Shown here: positions 35,191 through 36,083 of the stretch, in pieces
Position numbering within the stretch: position 1 is the first letter of the stretch
How the letters are laid out: the number at the start of each line of letters is the position of its first letter
Source of the DNA: Seison nebaliae
Lineage: Eukaryota
Assembly: GCA_023231475.1 (NCBI GenBank)
Contig: JALJEE010002216.1
Span: forward strand, 1 to 36,083
Length of the DNA: 36,083 nucleotides
Direction of reading: 5' to 3'
Program-made: the position numbers and the translations under genes
The notes under the pieces: generated by a model
What the model saw: the letters and a program-made list of their open reading frames with translations, nothing else
Told to the model about the DNA's origin: nothing
Database searches by the model: none

Positions 35191-35214
35191 TCCAATAATT
35201 ACGTAATTATTGGA
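35191..35214. repeat. Perfect 24-bp palindrome
   Basis: tccaataattacgtaattattgga equals its own reverse complement. Confidence 0.9.
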
Positions 35215-35215
35215 A

Positions 35216-35488
35216 CCTAAAAATAATGTAGAATAAGTTTAAAACAAAATTGGCTTCTTAATTGATATTTAAGGTACTTTCCTAGGCTACTTTATCTCTA
35301 ATATATTGCAGTAGGAATATAAAAAAGGTATATAGTTATAAGAATTTAACCAAATCTATGTATATAAACCATGCACCTTTTTTATATACCTACATCAATA
35401 TATTAGGGATAAAGTAGCCTAAGAAAGTACCTTAAATATCGATTAACAAACCAATTTTGTTATATAATTATTCTACATTATTTTTAGG
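35216..35488. mobile_element. Foldback/MITE-like element with ~114-bp imperfect inverted arms
   Basis: The left arm 35216-35329 (cctaaaaataatgtagaataa...aaggtactttcctaggctactttatc...aaaaaaggt) pairs with the right arm 35375-35488 (accttttt...gataaagtagcctaagaaagtacctt...ttattctacattatttttagg). The outer 21 bp are a perfect inverted repeat and there is no coding capacity. Confidence 0.6.
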
Positions 35489-36083
35489 ATAAGCATGATT
35501 TTTTTCAGGTCATTCTGTGATTGCGAGAACGTGTGGTTCTCTTGTTAAATTTAAATTTTCTTTAAATTTAACCTCTTAAAATGGTGTGAGAGAAAGTTAT
35601 GAAATTTGATAATTAACGAATTACCTTTATCTTTCTCGAGGTTTCGACCATTAGAAAGAGGACCACTGAACAGGACTATCTAACGGTATGCTCCTTCACG
35701 AAAATAATGCTATTGGAAGAAAGTTATGAGCATTTAGAAAATCGAGTTTTGTCTGATTACTTTTGAATAGAGCTGTATAGATTCTATAGTATAAAGTCTA
35801 TACTATAGAGTATGTATAGTTACTATAGTATAGTTATACCGCCATATTCTATATTATACATTATATTACATGTTACATATTGGAGGAATGGCAGGATGGA
35901 AAAATAATATATGAGAAGATGGAATCGACTCACCGAAGCCTATCGGTAGAGAATTTAACCAAGTTTCTTGGATCAAGATAATATCGAACCGAACAAAACT
36001 TGAAATTGACGTAATCAACCCATGGTGGCCGTGAACATTATAAGAAAAAATTGATCCAGAATTAGACAGATTATAATTAGAGA

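Overview
This is AT-rich (roughly 25-30% GC by eye), gene-dense eukaryotic nuclear DNA from an animal with a compact genome; it uses the standard code with all three stop codons, and the exact taxon cannot be fixed from the window alone. I reconstructed 13 protein-coding genes by hand, plus a possible gene fragment at the left edge. They are a short GCC2/GCC185-like GRIP golgin, an unknown basic low-complexity protein, a large astacin-EGF-MAM-(TSP1)x10-MAM-MAM-CUB metalloprotease, a secreted Arg/Ser/Gly-repeat protein with a Cys-rich tail, Hikeshi, an Ikaros/Hunchback-type zinc-finger factor, a myotubularin, an N-terminally shortened eIF3m, glucosidase II beta (PRKCSH), a CXorf65/C22orf15-like protein, a small secreted acidic peptide, an N/Q-rich intronless protein, and FRG1. 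The most striking signal is the splicing system. Of 42 short (39-93 nt) GT-AG introns, 39 start with GTT instead of the usual GTA/GTG, positions +4 to +6 are nearly unconstrained, and 7 end in AAG, which suggests a rewired 5' splice-site recognition machinery. Also notable are a tightly spaced same-strand gene run with splice-acceptor-like AGs right before ATGs (possible SL trans-splicing/operon), a dense TGATAA cluster upstream of the zinc-finger gene, a variant myotubularin active site, and a 273-bp foldback element. No tRNA, rRNA, CRISPR array or autonomous transposon was recognised.
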